The position numbers and the translations under genes were made by a program. A stretch of 64,000 nucleotides of DNA from an uncultured delta proteobacterium. GTDB lineage: Bacteria; Myxococcota_A; Polyangia; Fen-1088. Below, piece after piece: positions 19,240 through 29,078 of this stretch. The stretch's first letter is position 1. Every line of letters starts with the position of its first letter. The stretch is from assembly GCA_963796685.1 (NCBI GenBank), contig CAWCMR010000025.1, forward strand, positions 96,001-160,000, written 5' to 3'. The notes below the pieces were generated by a model, which saw only the letters and a program-made list of their open reading frames with translations, was not told the origin of the DNA and did not search any database.

Positions 19240-21330
19240 TCATGGACCAATCCTGGCAAAACAACTGAAGTCGTTGCCATGGTCAGTCGCGCCGCCGTCT
19301 GGGACGGAGTACGTGACTACACCGATGGGAGGCCCCAGATCGATTTGCGAGCTGAAGGTGAGTACGATAATGCTTCCGGTCAGGTTGCCGGTCACTTGGT
19401 CGAGCCCAATGACGCCCGCGGCACCATTGGTCTTAAGCGGTGTTCCGAACCCCTTGGCGGCCACCACGGCACCGCTGCTAGCGTCGATTTGGGCAATGAA
19501 CCCGCCGCTGGCCCCCGGCGTGGCCAAGGGAACCGCCCCTATTGCGCAGCTCGTGCAGGATGGGCCATAGCTCCCGGAAACAAGGAGGTGCCCACCTTCT
19601 TCGGCCAAGCTCTTCACGTTCATGGTGGTCCCGGAGCCAATCCCCTTGGCCCAGACGAGGCTGCCGGTGGCTCCGTCGAAGCGGGCGATGAAGGTGGGTG
19701 CGTTCAGGGCAACGCCCCCGAACGAAGATCCCCCGTTCACCGTACCGGCCACGATGACGTCGCTTCCAAAAGCGGTCATGGCTTGGGGAGCAATGGTCTG
19801 ATTGCCGGTACCGATGCCTTGCGCCCAAGTCCATTTGTTTTGGGAATCAAGCTTGGCCAGAAACATCCATGCCGCGCCGCCTGCGTGGTCGACCACGGGC
19901 AAAGCTGGCAAAGCCGACTGCCCATCGCTCGCCTGCATTCCAAACTCCACCTCGCTGGCAAAGCGATAGGTACCGGCGACGTAGGTGTTGGACTGGGCGT
20001 CCGTCGCGAGGGTTCCGCAATACTCTTCGTTGGTGCCACCCACCTCGTCGGACCAAAGCACGGTCCCCCCGCTGGAACCGGCATCCGCCTGACCGCTGGA
20101 AATGCGCGCGACGACGACATCGGTTCCGCCCTGACAGAATTGCGGCTGTGACGCGCCCGGCGGCGAAAGGTCCCTGGCAGGATCGGGAATCGGCCCCGCA
20201 TCCGGCCGCAGCGCGCTCGTGGCGCACGCCACGGTCCCACACACCATAAACGACTCGCCGTTTGGATCTCCGGCGATGGCGCGCAGACCGAGGGTTCGGC
20301 CGTCCGTCTTGCCGCTCTGGAGGTTCAAGCGCGTGGCCCACTGCCCACTACCATCTCTTGCGCTTGCGCCCAGGATGAACTGGTCCCCGTTGTAAACCGC
20401 GTCCAGCTCATTCCCTCCGACGAACACGGCACCTCGGAGCGAACCTATGACGCCAACATGGCCGGCTCCGTCCACGGCAAAAGAGGTCACGCCTTGCTGC
20501 TGCGGTCCGGGAAACGCGACTGTCCAAGCGGCCATGAGCGTATTGGGATCCAGCCCGGCCAGGAACACATCGGTGTTGTTGGCGCCATAGGCTGGGTCCT
20601 GAACGATAGGCCCGCTCCCCAGATCGATTTGTCCGGTGAAGCTTCCGGCTAGCAAAATCTGTCCGTCAGCCGATTTGATAATCCCGCTTCCGTTCGTCGG
20701 CCAACCTTGGGCCTCGAACGACCAGGCCGCCATTGCGGTGGGGAAGCCACCTGGGCAGGTGCCGGTGGTCGGGTCGCACACGGCGCCAGGGCATTGGAGG
20801 CGGGTCCCGGCGCAAACGCCGCTCTTGCACTCATCCGAGTAAGTGCAGAGGTCGCCATCATCGCAAGTCGTTCCCTCGGGCGCGTTGGGGTTGTCGCATT
20901 CGCCGGTCTTGGGGCTGCACAAGCCGACGACGTGGCACGAATCGCTCGGTGGCGGACAGATTTTGAACGGTCCATCGAGGCAGGTCCCACCCTGGCAAAT
21001 GCTGCCCGTCGTGCAAGGCCTGCCCTGGCAGCTCGTTCCGTCCGCAAGAGCGACGTGGACGCACTCGAACGTATTGGTGTCACAACTGTCCGTGGTACAT
21101 GGATCGTCGTCATCGCAGCTCGGCGGACAGGCCGGACTGTCGACAGACCCCGCATCGAAACCAAATACGTCCCCCTGGTCGGCACGTGGGGCATCCAAGG
21201 CGTCGGCGGTAGATCGGTCAGTGCTGTTTCCGCTACACCCCATTCCGGTGAGTGTGCCCAGCCCAACCACCAGGGTGATGACCCGCTTCGACAGGCTATG
21301 GGGATTCGTCGGCTTTCTTGGCTTGTGCAT
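19240..21330 (-). CDS. Lipoprotein with Cys-rich CDDxDxCT repeats and beta-propeller-like domain
   Basis: Lipobox GMGC; CDDDDPCTTDSC, CDDGDLCTYSDEC; GGTDVVVARI...ATDAQSNTYVAGTY. Confidence 0.8.
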   Translation of the reverse strand: MHKPRKPTNPHSLSKRVITLVVGLGTLTGMGCSGNSTDRSTADALDAPRADQGDVFGFDAGSVDSPACPPSCDDDDPCTTDSCDTNTFECVHVALADGTSCQGRPCTTGSICQGGTCLDGPFKICPPPSDSCHVVGLCSPKTGECDNPNAPEGTTCDDGDLCTYSDECKSGVCAGTRLQCPGAVCDPTTGTCPGGFPTAMAAWSFEAQGWPTNGSGIIKSADGQILLAGSFTGQIDLGSGPIVQDPAYGANNTDVFLAGLDPNTLMAAWTVAFPGPQQQGVTSFAVDGAGHVGVIGSLRGAVFVGGNELDAVYNGDQFILGASARDGSGQWATRLNLQSGKTDGRTLGLRAIAGDPNGESFMVCGTVACATSALRPDAGPIPDPARDLSPPGASQPQFCQGGTDVVVARISSGQADAGSSGGTVLWSDEVGGTNEEYCGTLATDAQSNTYVAGTYRFASEVEFGMQASDGQSALPALPVVDHAGGAAWMFLAKLDSQNKWTWAQGIGTGNQTIAPQAMTAFGSDVIVAGTVNGGSSFGGVALNAPTFIARFDGATGSLVWAKGIGSGTTMNVKSLAEEGGHLLVSGSYGPSCTSCAIGAVPLATPGASGGFIAQIDASSGAVVAAKGFGTPLKTNGAAGVIGLDQVTGNLTGSIIVLTFSSQIDLGPPIGVVTYSVPDGGATDHGNDFSCFARIGP

Positions 21331-21390
21331 AGGACTCTGTGTAGGGGAAGAATTGGGGCCTCTTCTAGACGCTTTTGACGACCGATTTGT

Positions 21391-21487
21391 GTGAGCAGTT
21401 GGTTACACCTATGTGAACGAACGGTTACCCTTCCCCACTGCAAATCTCGACTTCACCTGCGGCCTGTCGCCGTTGCGCAGTTGTAAC
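21391..21487. promoter_or_regulatory. Two pho-box-like arrays serving divergent genes
   Basis: Minus strand GTAAC-N6-TTCAC-N6-GTAAC-N6-CTCAC (21428 to 21391); plus strand GTTGC 21472-N6-GTAAC 21483. Confidence 0.65.
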
Positions 21488-21585
21488 CGAGCCGCCGCAA
21501 ATCCGTTTGACTGTCGAGTCACAGGTCTGGATATGTTGTCGCCTGGCTCGGGGTTGACGAGCCCCACGATGGAGGCAAGATTCCA

Positions 21586-22884
21586 ATGATTCAAATTCGA
21601 TGGTTTGTCGCGTTGGCAGGCGCGGCCGGAGTGTTTCTCGAAGCGTCGCTGGCCGAGGCTCAGACGCAGGCGTGCCCGGCCAACCCGATCGCGTGCGGCG
21701 ACACTTCCCAGTTGCCAAGTCCAGTCTTCTTGGCAGGGAGCAGCGCCTTCGAACCGATCTTGAGCCTGCTGGCGTTGCAAGTCAAAGCCAAGCAAGGCAT
21801 TTCCATTATCTATTCGCCCATCTCCTCGTGCAATGGCATCTCGTCCATCTACAATGACCCGTCGCTGGGTTTCGGCACCGCCCCCTTGCCGCTGACCGCG
21901 ACTCCTCATTACTACATGCAAAGCCCGACCGACCCGACGGTCTCTGCCTATTGCTCTTGCGTGCTTTCAGGCAATACCTATGCCAGCATCGGGGTGTCCG
22001 ACGTGGCCTTCGATTCCTGTCAGGGTGTTACAAAGCCCGCCAGCCTTGGCGAGTGGCTGGGACCCGAACAGGCCATGCTCATCGTCGTTCCCGAAGCCAA
22101 TGTCACCACGACCGCCATCTCGGCTGAGCAAGCCGGGGTCATCTGGGGTTGCGGTCAGACCGGCAACTTCCCTCCCTTCAATGACAACAACGCGATTCAG
22201 CAGCGCAGCTCCACCTCCGGAACTCAAATCATGGTTGCTCGCAATATCGGCTCCAGCGATGGCAAGGGCGGCTACCGCACGGTTCCCGAGAATGCCTTCA
22301 AGGGCAATGCCAACTCGTCCAGCTCCGCTTTGTTCAGCTCGCTCCTTTCCGTGCCCAATCCCCAGACCGCAATCGGGTTCCTTGCCAACGATTTCTATTC
22401 CACCCATCGTGCGCAGCTCAACTCACTTGCATTTCGAGGTTTCGGGCAGAAGTACGCCTACTACGCCGACACCGATTCCACCACGGACGACCTTTTGAAC
22501 GTCCGCGAAGGCCGCTATATGATCCAGGGACCGCTTCATTTCTTTGCGCCCCTGACCGCTACACTGGACGGGGGAGCGCCTGCGCCCAACCCGGCTATCA
22601 GTCTGATTCTCGATTGGCTGACCGGTGCAGTCCCCATCGACTCCGCCGATCCTGGAAGCTATGTCAGAACGGTCTCGACCAACGGAGACGTTCCACAGTG
22701 CGCGATGAAGGTCCGGATCAGCAAGGATGGCGGCTCCTTTACCCCCTATACCCCCCCGACCTCCTGCGATTGTGCCTTCCGGAGGGCCAAGAGCCTCAAG
22801 ATTCCCGCAGGCACCTGTGCTCCTTGCACCAGCGACGCTACCTGCACCGGCGGCACGCGCTGCCAGACCGGTTACTGCGAGTAG
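21586..22884 (+). CDS. Secreted PstS/PBP2-like binding protein with Cys-rich C-terminus
   Basis: Signal ending AEA-Q; LAGSSAFEP, IGVSDV, QQRSSTSGTQ, GRYMIQGPLHF; ends CTGGTRCQTGYCE; paralog of 32918-34141. Confidence 0.75.
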   Translation: MIQIRWFVALAGAAGVFLEASLAEAQTQACPANPIACGDTSQLPSPVFLAGSSAFEPILSLLALQVKAKQGISIIYSPISSCNGISSIYNDPSLGFGTAPLPLTATPHYYMQSPTDPTVSAYCSCVLSGNTYASIGVSDVAFDSCQGVTKPASLGEWLGPEQAMLIVVPEANVTTTAISAEQAGVIWGCGQTGNFPPFNDNNAIQQRSSTSGTQIMVARNIGSSDGKGGYRTVPENAFKGNANSSSSALFSSLLSVPNPQTAIGFLANDFYSTHRAQLNSLAFRGFGQKYAYYADTDSTTDDLLNVREGRYMIQGPLHFFAPLTATLDGGAPAPNPAISLILDWLTGAVPIDSADPGSYVRTVSTNGDVPQCAMKVRISKDGGSFTPYTPPTSCDCAFRRAKSLKIPAGTCAPCTSDATCTGGTRCQTGYCE

Positions 22885-22904
22885 TCAATTCGGAGGACAC
22901 GTCC

Positions 22905-23273
22905 ATGAAGATCTTCAAGCTTTCGATGTTGGCGCTCGCCCTCATTGGTTTTGCGGTGCTCGGTTGCAGCAGCAGCGGTGGTTCTAAACCCGATTACGTC
23001 TTTCCAAGCAGTGGCGGTAGTATCGCCACGGACACTCCAGGAATGGGCGGCAGCGGTGGAACGGACAGTGGTGGTCCGGATATCGCGATACCGACTGACG
23101 TTTCTCCCTCCGACGAGGCCGGTTCCGCTCCCGCCGTCGGCTGCGGCGATTGCACGGGTCTTACGCCACAGCAATGCCATGACTGCATCATCAATCAGAC
23201 TCCGAGCGGCGTGCTCATCCAAGATCCGGGCGTCAACCCGCCGATTCCGTATCCAGAGTGTACGGCCGGCTGA
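22905..23273 (+). CDS. Small lipoprotein with Cys-containing C-terminal motif (partner of the PBP gene)
   Basis: RBS GGAGG, ATG 22905; lipobox VLGC; C-terminal CTGLTPQQCHDCIINQ...PYPEC matches 32373-32894. Confidence 0.75.
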   Translation: MKIFKLSMLALALIGFAVLGCSSSGGSKPDYVFPSSGGSIATDTPGMGGSGGTDSGGPDIAIPTDVSPSDEAGSAPAVGCGDCTGLTPQQCHDCIINQTPSGVLIQDPGVNPPIPYPECTAG

Positions 23274-23331
23274 CACACAGGGCTCGGTGGCGGTGGTCAA
23301 ATTGACGCATATTTCCCCGTGAACCATTGCG

Positions 23332-23358
23332 TTCACGATTCCGTGGCGCTGTTGTCAC
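23332..23358 (+). promoter_or_regulatory. Pho-box-like array upstream of response regulator
   Basis: TTCAC 23332, GTGGC 23343, GTCAC 23354 (11-bp period); TATCTT downstream. Confidence 0.55.
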
Positions 23359-23393
23359 TATCGTTTTCAAGCCAGTTCGATATCTTCCGTGAT

Positions 23394-24194
23394 GTGTTGG
23401 GTATTGCTACTCAGGCGTCAGGACGCATTCTTCTTGTCGACGGCGATCCGGCCTTTAGCGATTCGCTTCGCCATAGTCTCGAAGCCGTAGGCTATCAGGT
23501 AAGACCGGTGGGTACCGGTGAGGATGCCTTGCGACTGTTCACCGAGTTCAGGCCGCACCTGGTCCTGATAGACGTTTCGCTCCCCGATATTCCCGGTTTC
23601 GAAGTGTGCCGAAGAATACGCACAAGCTCGATGTCTTCGCAGCCCGCGATCATCATCGCCACGGCCGATGCGCGGGAAGGTGACCGTGTTGCGGGATTCG
23701 AAGTTGGAGCGGACGACTTCGTGGCCAAGCCCTTTAGCTTGGATGAGCTGATATTACGAATTCATGCCCGGCTGCAAGGCCGAAGCACCAGCGAGGGCAC
23801 CACGATGATGGCGCACCATGCGCCCCCGGATGGGAAGGTTGAAGACGACCGATACCTCGCCCTTGGCCCCTTGGAGATCGATCGCGCGAGCCATCGCGCG
23901 TTTCTCTCTGGTAGGGAGATCAATCTGAGCGTGCAAGAAATGCGTTTGCTCGTTTACTTGGCCAGCGAGCCGGGCAAGATGCACGCTCGCCAAGACTTGC
24001 TGACTGCCGTATGGGGATACCACCCTCAAGCTACGAGCCGCACGCTCGATACGCACATCAAGCGATTGCGCGACAAGTTCGGTCCCTTGGCTACGATGCT
24101 CCAAACCGTACACGGGGTCGGCTACCGTCTTACCCTGCCGCTGGAAGGCCCACGCAGCTCGCGTCCCGTGGAGCATGCCAGGCGTCGGAGGTGA
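23394..24194 (+). CDS. OmpR/PhoB-family response regulator (PhoB-like)
   Basis: Receiver RILLVDGD...LVLIDVSLP...GADDFVAKPFS; winged helix LLTAVWG...SRTLDTHIKRLRDK...TVHGVGYRL. Start probably GTG 23394. Confidence 0.9.
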   Translation: MLGIATQASGRILLVDGDPAFSDSLRHSLEAVGYQVRPVGTGEDALRLFTEFRPHLVLIDVSLPDIPGFEVCRRIRTSSMSSQPAIIIATADAREGDRVAGFEVGADDFVAKPFSLDELILRIHARLQGRSTSEGTTMMAHHAPPDGKVEDDRYLALGPLEIDRASHRAFLSGREINLSVQEMRLLVYLASEPGKMHARQDLLTAVWGYHPQATSRTLDTHIKRLRDKFGPLATMLQTVHGVGYRLTLPLEGPRSSRPVEHARRRR

Positions 24195-24268
24195 AGAATG
24201 CACTATTCGGACTAGCCCGGGCCACGACCATAGAACTGCACCGAGTTGTGGGGGCGCCCGAAAGCCTT

Positions 24269-25222
24269 TCAGGGAGCGACCTGGATCGTGTACGACTTCC
24301 AGTCTATACCGCCACGCGAATCGCGCAGGACCAGCCACAGATAGACGGTTCCTGCTTGCATGGGCGCCGTCCAGGGGTTGCTGGTCGAGGTGGCGGTCTC
24401 GCCCGAGGCTACGCCCGTCCGGTCGTGCTCGAAGGTTCCGCCAGTCACGAACCAAGACATGTGAAGGCTCTCCTGCTGCGACACCAGGGTCTGGGTTTGC
24501 GCGTCGTAGACTTGGAAGACCTCGGCAGAACCAGGGGCAAATGTCGCGTTGACGGTGACACGGAAACCCGCGTTCACCGTCTGGATGCCCGCATCGAGAG
24601 AAAGCGCATTGCCCGCATCATCGAGGAGGTCGGTGTGGTCGATGCCGGGATCGACGTTGGGCTGGTACTGGCTGTTGTAGTCCTGGATCAGCCCCGAGGG
24701 GGCATTCGCGAGACCGCATCCGATGCGCTCGAGGGCAAACCCGGACAGGACCCCCGTGGGCAAATTCGAAAACAACACCTGAACCGGCAGGTAGTATCCG
24801 CCGGTGCTGTCGGGGTCGCGTGGTCGCACGGGTGGCTGGCCGGCTGCCGGGGGAGGCGCGATGGGGCCAAACAACTGGCAGGCCTTGGCGGGAACGGTCG
24901 ACGTGAAGGTCTGTCCCCCGGTACCGACCCCGGCATCGGGGATCCCCGCACAAGCACTCGACACGGCATTGCTTTCCGAGGGTGGCTTGGGCGTCAGGCA
25001 CACGTCCCAGAGGGCGTCGGCATTGTTCTCCTGACCGACGGGCGAAGCCAGCAGGAACGAATAGCTCACGCTCGTGTTGGGCTTGGCCTCGGCCGGCTCG
25101 CCGCGTACCGCAAGCAAGGCATAGTCCGTCACCAAATAGGGCGGCTGACCCACGCTTGGTTTGCAGGCCGACACGAGTGTGCAGGCGGCAACGACGAACA
25201 TGATTCCTTGCTTTGAGGTCAT
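24269..25222 (-). CDS. Lipoprotein, last gene of the TonB operon
   Basis: Lipobox LVSAC; LLAVRGEPAEAKP, WFVTGGTF, LVLRDSRGGIDW; directly follows the TBDT. Confidence 0.8.
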   Translation of the reverse strand: MTSKQGIMFVVAACTLVSACKPSVGQPPYLVTDYALLAVRGEPAEAKPNTSVSYSFLLASPVGQENNADALWDVCLTPKPPSESNAVSSACAGIPDAGVGTGGQTFTSTVPAKACQLFGPIAPPPAAGQPPVRPRDPDSTGGYYLPVQVLFSNLPTGVLSGFALERIGCGLANAPSGLIQDYNSQYQPNVDPGIDHTDLLDDAGNALSLDAGIQTVNAGFRVTVNATFAPGSAEVFQVYDAQTQTLVSQQESLHMSWFVTGGTFEHDRTGVASGETATSTSNPWTAPMQAGTVYLWLVLRDSRGGIDWKSYTIQVAP

Positions 25223-25236
25223 GGCGGAATCCTCGG

Positions 25237-27888
25237 CTAGAACTCCAGCCGCGCGCCAGCCACGGCCAGCGTCGGCAATCCGATGAGGTAGCTCTTTTGC
25301 GTGTAGTCCTGACTATAGACGATTTCCTCGGGATTCTTGCGGTTGGTGATATTCTGAACATCCACGAACACGCTCACCTTCATCCGCTGCATCACGAAGG
25401 ATTTTTCGGCGCGCGCATCCAGTTGGTAGAATGCGGGTATGCGAATCGAGTTGTGCGCGCCGAAGATCGGCTCGTAATAGCCCGTCAAGCTGTCGAGGTA
25501 GTGGTCGACCACGGGGGTCCTCGGCATCCCGGTGGCGTAGCGAAAGCGAGCCCCGACCTCATAGCCTCTTCCTAGGTCGTAGCTGGCCAGCAGGGCGAGG
25601 ACATGGGTTTGGTCCTGGTCGAAGAGGCGGTAGCCGAGATCGGGATGATCGCGGCGCTCGCTGCGCGACAAGGAATAGGTGAACCACCCGAAGAAACCCT
25701 TGAATAGCTCTTGGCGCAACAGCACCTGCGCGCCCAAGACCCTACCACTGCCGTCTTGGGTGAGCGTCTGCGCCACGGGAGGGGAAGGATTCTCGCTTCG
25801 CGAAACCAAGTTGTAGAGCTTCTTGTAGAAGCCTACCGATTCGAAGACCAAGGTTGGGCGGACTTTGAAGGAGAAACCGGCCATGAGGTGAATGGCGCGC
25901 GATTGGGTAATGGTCGGATTTCCGAACACCGGCGACATGTCCTCGGGATCGGGGGGTTGCCCGTAGACGCCGGCACCGCTCGTAAGGGTGAGGCGCGGAA
26001 GCACCTTCCAGGAGACCTGCAGGCGTGGATTGGGCAAATAGCGAACCACCGGGGTGTCTATTGGATTGGTCGGAACGGAAAGCCGGGTGTAGCCAACCGG
26101 GGCTGAAATGGTGCTGTATGGAAGACGGTGATCGCCCTCGACCTGGGTGGGCTCGAAGCGAAAGCCCGGTGTGAGGGTCCAATTTCCGAGCTTCATGTCA
26201 AGCGTGGCGAAAGAACCCACGCTGAGGATGTTCACCTTCCAGTTGTCGAAGGCGATTTCCGAAGACGGGCGCTGTCCGAAGACGACGATGTCGCCTTCGC
26301 GCGGAGGTTGGTTTACCGAACCGTGGCGCGAGAGAGCGACCTGGCTTCCCTGGGCATCGACGCCCACCAAGAGAACCGCCCACTTGCTGACCCGTCGGCG
26401 CAGACTGCCGCGAACGGCGTATTGCCAGGTGTTCGATTGCACCGCCGTGGTATCGCTGCCGAAGGTCTGCAAAATGGAATTGGTATCGTAGCCGATGGAT
26501 GGGGTCACGCGCACGCTGGAGCCATCGGCGAATAGGCGCCGGTAGGTGACGAGCAGCCTGCGAAACGAGCTGTCATCGTTCTCGGTGCGCAAATCCGCCG
26601 GATCGCTGGCGGGAATGGCCCGGCGCAGGTGATCGTCGGACGCCAAAAAGGTAGCGGTCACGTCCTCGTCCTTGCGCAGGGCCAACGCCGCGCGCGCTTG
26701 ATAGTCGTCGTAGCGGGGTATGGGAAAGTAATCGCCGATATCCGAGGACGTCACCAGGGGCATCAATCGATCCAGGTAGCTCACGCGTCCGGCAAGAGAA
26801 ACGTGCAATCGCGGCGTGACTGCCGCCGTCACCTCGGCCGAGGTGTCCAGAATGTCGGCGGCCACGTAGCCGTGCACGCCCGAGGTGGACATTTGCCCGA
26901 GCTCCACCCGCACGAGCCCGCCCAAGCCGCGGCCGTTCTCTGCCCCATACGCGCCTGGCGCAAGGTCGATGGACTTGACCAGATCGGAATTGATGGTCGA
27001 GCGCAATCCGCCCATGTGGTACAGGGCCGGGATTTCTACGCCGTCGACGTTGACCCTGGTTTCCTTGGGCGACGAGCCCCACACCACCAATTGGCCGGAA
27101 CCGAAGCTGGCCCTGCCCACGCCGGGTAGGTTCTGAACGACTTTTAGGGTATCGCCCTGCGTGCCTGGAACCTTGCGCGCCTCTTCGGTGCGAATGCGCG
27201 TTTCCACCGCTTCCTTCTTGATGCGGGCCGCACGGACCACGACTTCCTCGTCTACGTCCTCTTCCTTTTCTTCGACGTAGTACTTCATGGTCCGTTTCTG
27301 GCCGCGTTTGATGGTTTCCTCGGTCAGCACGGTCACCAGGCGCGGATGGCGAATCTCGACTTTGTACGTGCCGGGCGCCAAATCGGTGAAGGCGAACTTG
27401 CCCTGTTCATCGGTCTTGGTGGTCAGATCCAAATCCTTGATCTTCACCGTCACGCCAGCGATAGGCTGCTTCTTGAAACGGTCGAGAACCACGCCGTCGA
27501 AGTTCACCTGTGGCCCGACGGAGACCATCTTCGTGACGATGGTGAAATCGTAGCGGTAGGTGATTGTCACCGGGATGGGCTGTCCGTTCGATTCGGCCGG
27601 CGTGAACACGAACTGGCGCGCGGCCTCCACTGCGGCCTTATCGAAATCCGCTCCCCCGCTTTGGACGACTCCGACCTCGCCCACCTTGCCATCCTCGCCA
27701 ATCTCGATGGAAAGCAGAACTTGCGAAGTGATGCCGGCGGCGTGCTTGTCCTTCGGGTACTGAGCCTCGACGAAATGGACCAAATGCGGTGCCTTGGTGA
27801 TCACCGACGCCTCTTCCTCGGCACGCAGCGAGGTAGCGAAGAGCCCCGCGAGCGCAAAGGCCGCCAACGAAATACAGCGATGTCGCAA
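25237..27888 (-). CDS. TonB-dependent receptor with N-terminal TonB_C domain and carboxypeptidase-regulatory-like domain
   Basis: YPK...QVLLSIEIGEDGKV..V.VV..GG..FD.AA..AARQF.F.PA..G.P (TonB_C); TTKTDEQGKFAFTDLAPGTY (CarboxypepD_reg); plug PGTQGD.LKVVQNLPGV; barrel ending VQNITNRKN...GARLEF. Confidence 0.9.
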   Translation of the reverse strand: MRHRCISLAAFALAGLFATSLRAEEEASVITKAPHLVHFVEAQYPKDKHAAGITSQVLLSIEIGEDGKVGEVGVVQSGGADFDKAAVEAARQFVFTPAESNGQPIPVTITYRYDFTIVTKMVSVGPQVNFDGVVLDRFKKQPIAGVTVKIKDLDLTTKTDEQGKFAFTDLAPGTYKVEIRHPRLVTVLTEETIKRGQKRTMKYYVEEKEEDVDEEVVVRAARIKKEAVETRIRTEEARKVPGTQGDTLKVVQNLPGVGRASFGSGQLVVWGSSPKETRVNVDGVEIPALYHMGGLRSTINSDLVKSIDLAPGAYGAENGRGLGGLVRVELGQMSTSGVHGYVAADILDTSAEVTAAVTPRLHVSLAGRVSYLDRLMPLVTSSDIGDYFPIPRYDDYQARAALALRKDEDVTATFLASDDHLRRAIPASDPADLRTENDDSSFRRLLVTYRRLFADGSSVRVTPSIGYDTNSILQTFGSDTTAVQSNTWQYAVRGSLRRRVSKWAVLLVGVDAQGSQVALSRHGSVNQPPREGDIVVFGQRPSSEIAFDNWKVNILSVGSFATLDMKLGNWTLTPGFRFEPTQVEGDHRLPYSTISAPVGYTRLSVPTNPIDTPVVRYLPNPRLQVSWKVLPRLTLTSGAGVYGQPPDPEDMSPVFGNPTITQSRAIHLMAGFSFKVRPTLVFESVGFYKKLYNLVSRSENPSPPVAQTLTQDGSGRVLGAQVLLRQELFKGFFGWFTYSLSRSERRDHPDLGYRLFDQDQTHVLALLASYDLGRGYEVGARFRYATGMPRTPVVDHYLDSLTGYYEPIFGAHNSIRIPAFYQLDARAEKSFVMQRMKVSVFVDVQNITNRKNPEEIVYSQDYTQKSYLIGLPTLAVAGARLEF

Positions 27889-28614
27889 TCAGTCCCCCAG
27901 CTCGAAGCGACGTGCAAGAACGTAGGTCCCTCCAGCGACCGGCTTGCCACAAGCCATGGCCGGTTTGAAGCGCCACTGTTTGACGGCAGCCACCGCCGCT
28001 GCGTCTAGCTCAGGGGAGACGCTGGCCAAAACCTGGACGGTCACGACCGCGCCGTCGGCTCCCACCACGACTTTCAGCTTCAGCTTGCCTTCGATCCCGT
28101 CCGCGCGAGCGGCGGCGGTGTATTCGATTTCGGTCTTGAACACCGGTTCGGGCTTCGACGGCTCCTCGGTGCAAGGTGCCTCGGTGGCCGGCCCGCCCGG
28201 TCCAATCTCGTGAATCCTGCGCCTGCGCGGCTCGGCCTCGATGGAGGCCACCTTGGTGGGCGTCGCGGCTTGCGGGGGCCGTGCCACGGGAATTGCCACG
28301 GCATCGCCGATGTCCTCGTTGCTCATGGCCAGGTCCATGTTGATGGGCGCAACCGGAAGTCTTGCCGTGGGCATCGGCGCTTCGACGGGGGCGGCCCTGT
28401 GCTCCACGACCTTGTGCTCCTCCGGACGGACAACCTTGGCAACCTTGGGTTTGGGGGGAACGACCTTCGCCTTCTCCTTCATCTCCTTCTTCTTGGATTC
28501 GGTCATCTGCACGAAGAAGCTCTTCCCGGAGGCATGGTGCTGCGAGGCCGCAAGCAGCGCTACGGCGACGCCGCCATGGATGAGCAATGAAACTACGACC
28601 GTAGCCTTTTTCAC
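27889..28614 (-). CDS. tonB: Energy transducer TonB
   Basis: N-terminal TM with S-x3-H (VSLLIHG), Pro/Lys-rich linker, C-terminal YTAAARADGIEG...DAAAVAAVKQWRFKPA. Confidence 0.9.
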   Translation of the reverse strand: MKKATVVVSLLIHGGVAVALLAASQHHASGKSFFVQMTESKKKEMKEKAKVVPPKPKVAKVVRPEEHKVVEHRAAPVEAPMPTARLPVAPINMDLAMSNEDIGDAVAIPVARPPQAATPTKVASIEAEPRRRRIHEIGPGGPATEAPCTEEPSKPEPVFKTEIEYTAAARADGIEGKLKLKVVVGADGAVVTVQVLASVSPELDAAAVAAVKQWRFKPAMACGKPVAGGTYVLARRFELGD

Positions 28615-28658
28615 GAGAGCACCTCAGGGCAAGATACAGTCAATCGGACCACCCGTGC

Positions 28659-29078
28659 CTAGGGACCGCCACCTTGCATGATGTTGATGGCAAACTTCGT
28701 CACACCCGCGACCTTGGCGAGATCCATGATGTGAACGACCCAACCGTGCAGCGCATCCTTGTCCGCGCTGACCACCAGGCTCATCTCCGAGTCGGCGGCG
28801 ACCGCGGTCTTGATGAGCCCCTCGAGCTCCTGCTCGTTCACGGGTTGCTCATTCCAACGAAGATCGCCGTTCTTCATGAGCTGGACGGTGCTGGGTTTTT
28901 CCGCCACGCCGTCACTGATGCGCGCCTTGGGCAGGTGAACCTTCAAGGTTTGGGCCACGATATAGGTCGAGGCGACCATGAGAATGACCAACAAGACCAG
29001 GACGACGTCCACCAGCGGCGTAACGTTGATGGCGGCGATGGTTTTGGCTCGCCCCGAGCCGGAAACCGCGCCGGCCAT
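28659..29078 (-). CDS. exbD: Biopolymer transport protein ExbD/TolR
   Basis: INVTPLVDVVLVLLVILMV, V.LPKA, ADKDALHG.VV.IMD.AK.AG. Confidence 0.92.
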   Translation of the reverse strand: MAGAVSGSGRAKTIAAINVTPLVDVVLVLLVILMVASTYIVAQTLKVHLPKARISDGVAEKPSTVQLMKNGDLRWNEQPVNEQELEGLIKTAVAADSEMSLVVSADKDALHGWVVHIMDLAKVAGVTKFAINIMQGGGP

